From Bacillota bacterium (GTDB lineage: Bacteria > Bacillota > Clostridia > Peptostreptococcales > Anaerovoracaceae), in NCBI GenBank assembly GCA_017412505.1, contig JAFPXN010000044.1, positions 3,619 to 67,618 of the forward strand: a stretch of 64,000 bases of DNA, read 5' to 3'. Position 1 is the stretch's first letter, and every line of letters begins with the position of its first letter. Positions 61,828-64,000 of the stretch are shown one piece after another. Made by a program: the position numbers and the translations under genes. The notes under the pieces are model-generated. The model was given only the letters and a program-made list of their open reading frames with translations. It searched no databases and was not told where the DNA came from.

Positions 61828-62622
61828 TTACGCGATGCCGCCTCCGTCGACGACGAGCGCGGCTCCGGTGACCCATCCGGCCAGGTCGGAGCACAGGAAC
61901 AGCACGCATTTCGCGATGTCTTCCGGCTGTCCGATGCGGGCGAGGGGACGTCCGCTGCCGCAGGCCTTCAGGAATTCTTCGATGTCGTCGTCGGACTTGA
62001 TCTCGCCGGTCTGGCGGCCTTCGGAGATCATCATGTTCGTCACGGTATCGCCTGGGTTGACGGAATTGACGCGGATATTGTCCTTGCCGTGGTCGATGGC
62101 CATGGCGCGGGTCACGTTGACGATGCCGCCCTTGACCGCGCAGTAAGCCGCCGCCTGGTCGCCGCCTTTCAGCCCCCAGCCGGAACCGGTGTTGACGATG
62201 GAACCGCCGCCGGCCTTTCTCATCTCGGGAATGACGTATTTGCTCATCAGGAACAGTCCCTTGAGACCGACGTCCAGCACGAAATCCCATTCCTTTTCGC
62301 TGAGCGCGTCGATGGTCTTGCGCACGGTGACCCCGGCGTTGTTGTGCAGGATGTCGATATGTCCAAACGCGGAGACGATGCCTTCGACAGTCTCCTTCAC
62401 GTTCTGTTCGTTCGTTACGTCGCAGCGGAAAAACTGCACGTTTCTTCCCGCTTCGCGGAATTTGCGTGCTTCCTCTTCGCCTGCCGGGTTCACATCCACG
62501 ATCGCGACGGCAGCGCCGTAGGCGGAGAGCATGTCCGCGACCGCGAGGCCGATGCCGGAACCTGCCCCGGTGACGACGGCGGTTTTTCCACTGAGATCCA
62601 GATAGTCTTTTCTTTCAAACAT
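61828..62622 (-). CDS. SDR-family oxidoreductase
   Basis: TGAGSGIGLA (cofactor motif), NNAG and YCAVKGG (YxxxK). The start at 62622 follows AAAGGAG. Confidence 0.85.
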   Translation of the reverse strand: MFERKDYLDLSGKTAVVTGAGSGIGLAVADMLSAYGAAVAIVDVNPAGEEEARKFREAGRNVQFFRCDVTNEQNVKETVEGIVSAFGHIDILHNNAGVTVRKTIDALSEKEWDFVLDVGLKGLFLMSKYVIPEMRKAGGGSIVNTGSGWGLKGGDQAAAYCAVKGGIVNVTRAMAIDHGKDNIRVNSVNPGDTVTNMMISEGRQTGEIKSDDDIEEFLKACGSGRPLARIGQPEDIAKCVLFLCSDLAGWVTGAALVVDGGGIA

Positions 62623-62782
62623 AGCGCGCTCCTTTCTGCCCGTGAAGGGCAGGATCTTCTTCAAGTATATCTTTATCATACCATAGAAAAGCAGAAGGCT
62701 TTGTGAAAAGATGATTTACAAATAATGGTAACTATATTAAGATAATGGTAAAATATGTCAATTTCAACAGAAAGGATACGAT

Positions 62783-64000
62783 ATGTACGCAAGAGTTTTG
62801 ACTGCCGGATTATACGGACTGTCCGGCGAACCCACCTGGGTGGAAACGGACGTGGAGAACGGGCTGCCCGGGTTCTTTATGGTAGGGCTTGCGGATCAGG
62901 CGATCCGGGAAGCGAAGGAACGCATCCGCTCCGCGGTTTTGAACGGTGGGCACAAGTTCCCGGACAAGCGGATCACGGTAAACCTGACGCCGGCCAATAA
63001 ACGCAAGGAGGGCAGCCATTTCGACCTGCCCATCGCGATGGGTCTGCTGCTGGCTTCCGAAGCGGTGCTGTGCCGGGGCGACCTGTCTTCGACGGCTTTT
63101 TTAGGCGAACTGACTTTGGACGGCAGGGTGCTGGGGACGGGCGGCGTGCTTCCCATGGTGATCGGCCTGCAGAAAAGCGGCGTCCGGCGGGTGGTGCTGC
63201 CGAAGGAGAACGCCGCGGAAGCGGGACTCGTCAAGGGCATGGAGATCCTGCCGGTGGAAACGCTCTCCGAAGCGGCGGAATTCATCGAAGGAGGGCTGTC
63301 GGAGGCTTCGTTCATCGCGGAAGGGTACCGTCCGCCGGAAGACGCGGAACCCATCCTGGATTTTGCCGATATCCGCGGCCAGCAGACCGTGAAGCGGGCG
63401 GCGCAGGTGGCTGCCGCAGGGGGTCACGGACTGCTGATGATAGGGCCGCCGGGCACAGGAAAGAGCATGGTCGGAAAGCGCATCCCGGGGATCCTGCCGG
63501 ATCTGACGTACGAAGAACAGCTGGAGGTGACCCAGATCTACAGCGTGGCGGGCCAGCTGGACCCACAGAGGCCTTTTCTGACGCAGCGGCCGTTCCGCGC
63601 GCCGCACCACAATCTGTCCGCGGCAGCGCTGGCGGGAGGCGGCACGAATCCCAAGCCCGGCGAGATCTCGCTCAGCCACTGCGGCGTCCTGTTCCTGGAC
63701 GAACTGCCGGAGTTCGCGCCTGCGGCGCTCGAGTGCCTGCGCCAGCCATTGGAAGACGGTCAGATCACGATCGCCCGGGCCGTGGGCAGATGCACGTATC
63801 CGGCCCGCTTTATGCTCGTTGCGGCCATGAATCCTTGCCGCTGCGGGTATTACGGGGATCCCGTGAAGGTCTGCACCTGCAATGAAAGTGAGCGGAAAAA
63901 ATATATCGGCAAAGTCTCCGGTCCTCTGCTGGACCGCATCGACATGCACGTGGCGGTGGAGCGGGTCGCTTACCGGGAGATCCGCAGCGGTCTGCGGCCT
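62783..64000 (+). CDS. comM: YifB/ComM-family Mg-chelatase-like AAA+ ATPase; the 3' end lies outside the window
   Basis: My own translation from ATG 62783 gives MYARVLTAGLYGLSGEPTWVETDVENGLPGFFMVGLADQAIREAKERIRSAV..HFDLPIAMGLL..GELTLDG... A Walker A GPPGTGKSM lies near 63441. The frame is open to nt 64000, so the ORF track, which needs a stop, does not list it. Confidence 0.85.
   Translation, partial: MYARVLTAGLYGLSGEPTWVETDVENGLPGFFMVGLADQAIREAKERIRSAVLNGGHKFPDKRITVNLTPANKRKEGSHFDLPIAMGLLLASEAVLCRGDLSSTAFLGELTLDGRVLGTGGVLPMVIGLQKSGVRRVVLPKENAAEAGLVKGMEILPVETLSEAAEFIEGGLSEASFIAEGYRPPEDAEPILDFADIRGQQTVKRAAQVAAAGGHGLLMIGPPGTGKSMVGKRIPGILPDLTYEEQLEVTQIYSVAGQLDPQRPFLTQRPFRAPHHNLSAAALAGGGTNPKPGEISLSHCGVLFLDELPEFAPAALECLRQPLEDGQITIARAVGRCTYPARFMLVAAMNPCRCGYYGDPVKVCTCNESERKKYIGKVSGPLLDRIDMHVAVERVAYREIRSGLRP

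Noticed and set aside
61817-62290. An upstream 158 codons of the 688-aa minus-strand ORF (amidohydrolase)
   Set aside because: It overlaps the SDR gene out of frame with Arg-rich junk. The amidohydrolase motifs start after the ATG-ATG at 61816/61813, which follow AAGGAGG.
1-64000. A search by eye for tRNA, rRNA, tmRNA, RNase P, group II intron domain V, transposase/integrase genes and CRISPR arrays
   Set aside because: I found no T-loop GGTTCGAAT-type signatures, no GAGGAAAGTCC (RNase P), no tag-peptide ORF, no DDE or tyrosine-recombinase ORFs and no regular short repeats. Absence by visual inspection is not proof.

Overview
A chromosomal segment that is about 60% G+C, tightly packed and mostly co-directional. 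Its gene content points to an anaerobic Firmicutes/Clostridia-type organism: RNase Y, Bcd-EtfBA, an SLH-anchored enzyme, an ECF sigma with a DUF4367 anti-sigma, NrdR and Maf-RadC. I support about 55 protein genes. They include the 3' end of an MmeI-family R-M enzyme followed by an AT-rich islet carrying a DUF3800 gene, a DUF134-NifX-His/Cys-SlyD fusion, and an aconitase-icd-citDEF block with a separate citXG fusion. Also present are an ECF sigma/anti-sigma/M23 peptidase module, a feoAB fusion and an SLH-anchored 5'-nucleotidase. A long nrdR-cmk-WYL-sdaA-ABC-HAD-AKR-DUF1445-DUF4392 array follows, then maf-radC-minD-like, rny-nifS-thiI, bcd-etfBA, yraN, proC-ybaK and the start of comM. I saw no tRNA, rRNA, CRISPR array, transposase or integrase. 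The three most interesting observations are these. (1) An 872-nt gene-free, hairpin-dense, compositionally mosaic region between etfA and yraN (55379-56250) is 3-4 times longer than any other spacer. It holds a 218-nt imperfect hairpin (6S-like or MITE-like), a 110-nt AT-rich hairpin and a three-way junction flanked by 15-nt direct repeats. It also contains a solo copy of a 26-nt sequence that forms a perfect 33-bp palindrome at 60143-60214. (2) selD is itself a selenoprotein gene, with an in-frame UGA at codon 17 and a SECIS-like hairpin. (3) There are unusual fusion or split architectures: DUF134-NifX-metal tract-SlyD, a split D-glutamate-cyclase-like pair, and an EtfA with a ferredoxin domain. 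All functional calls rest on motif recognition by eye, and no database search was run.
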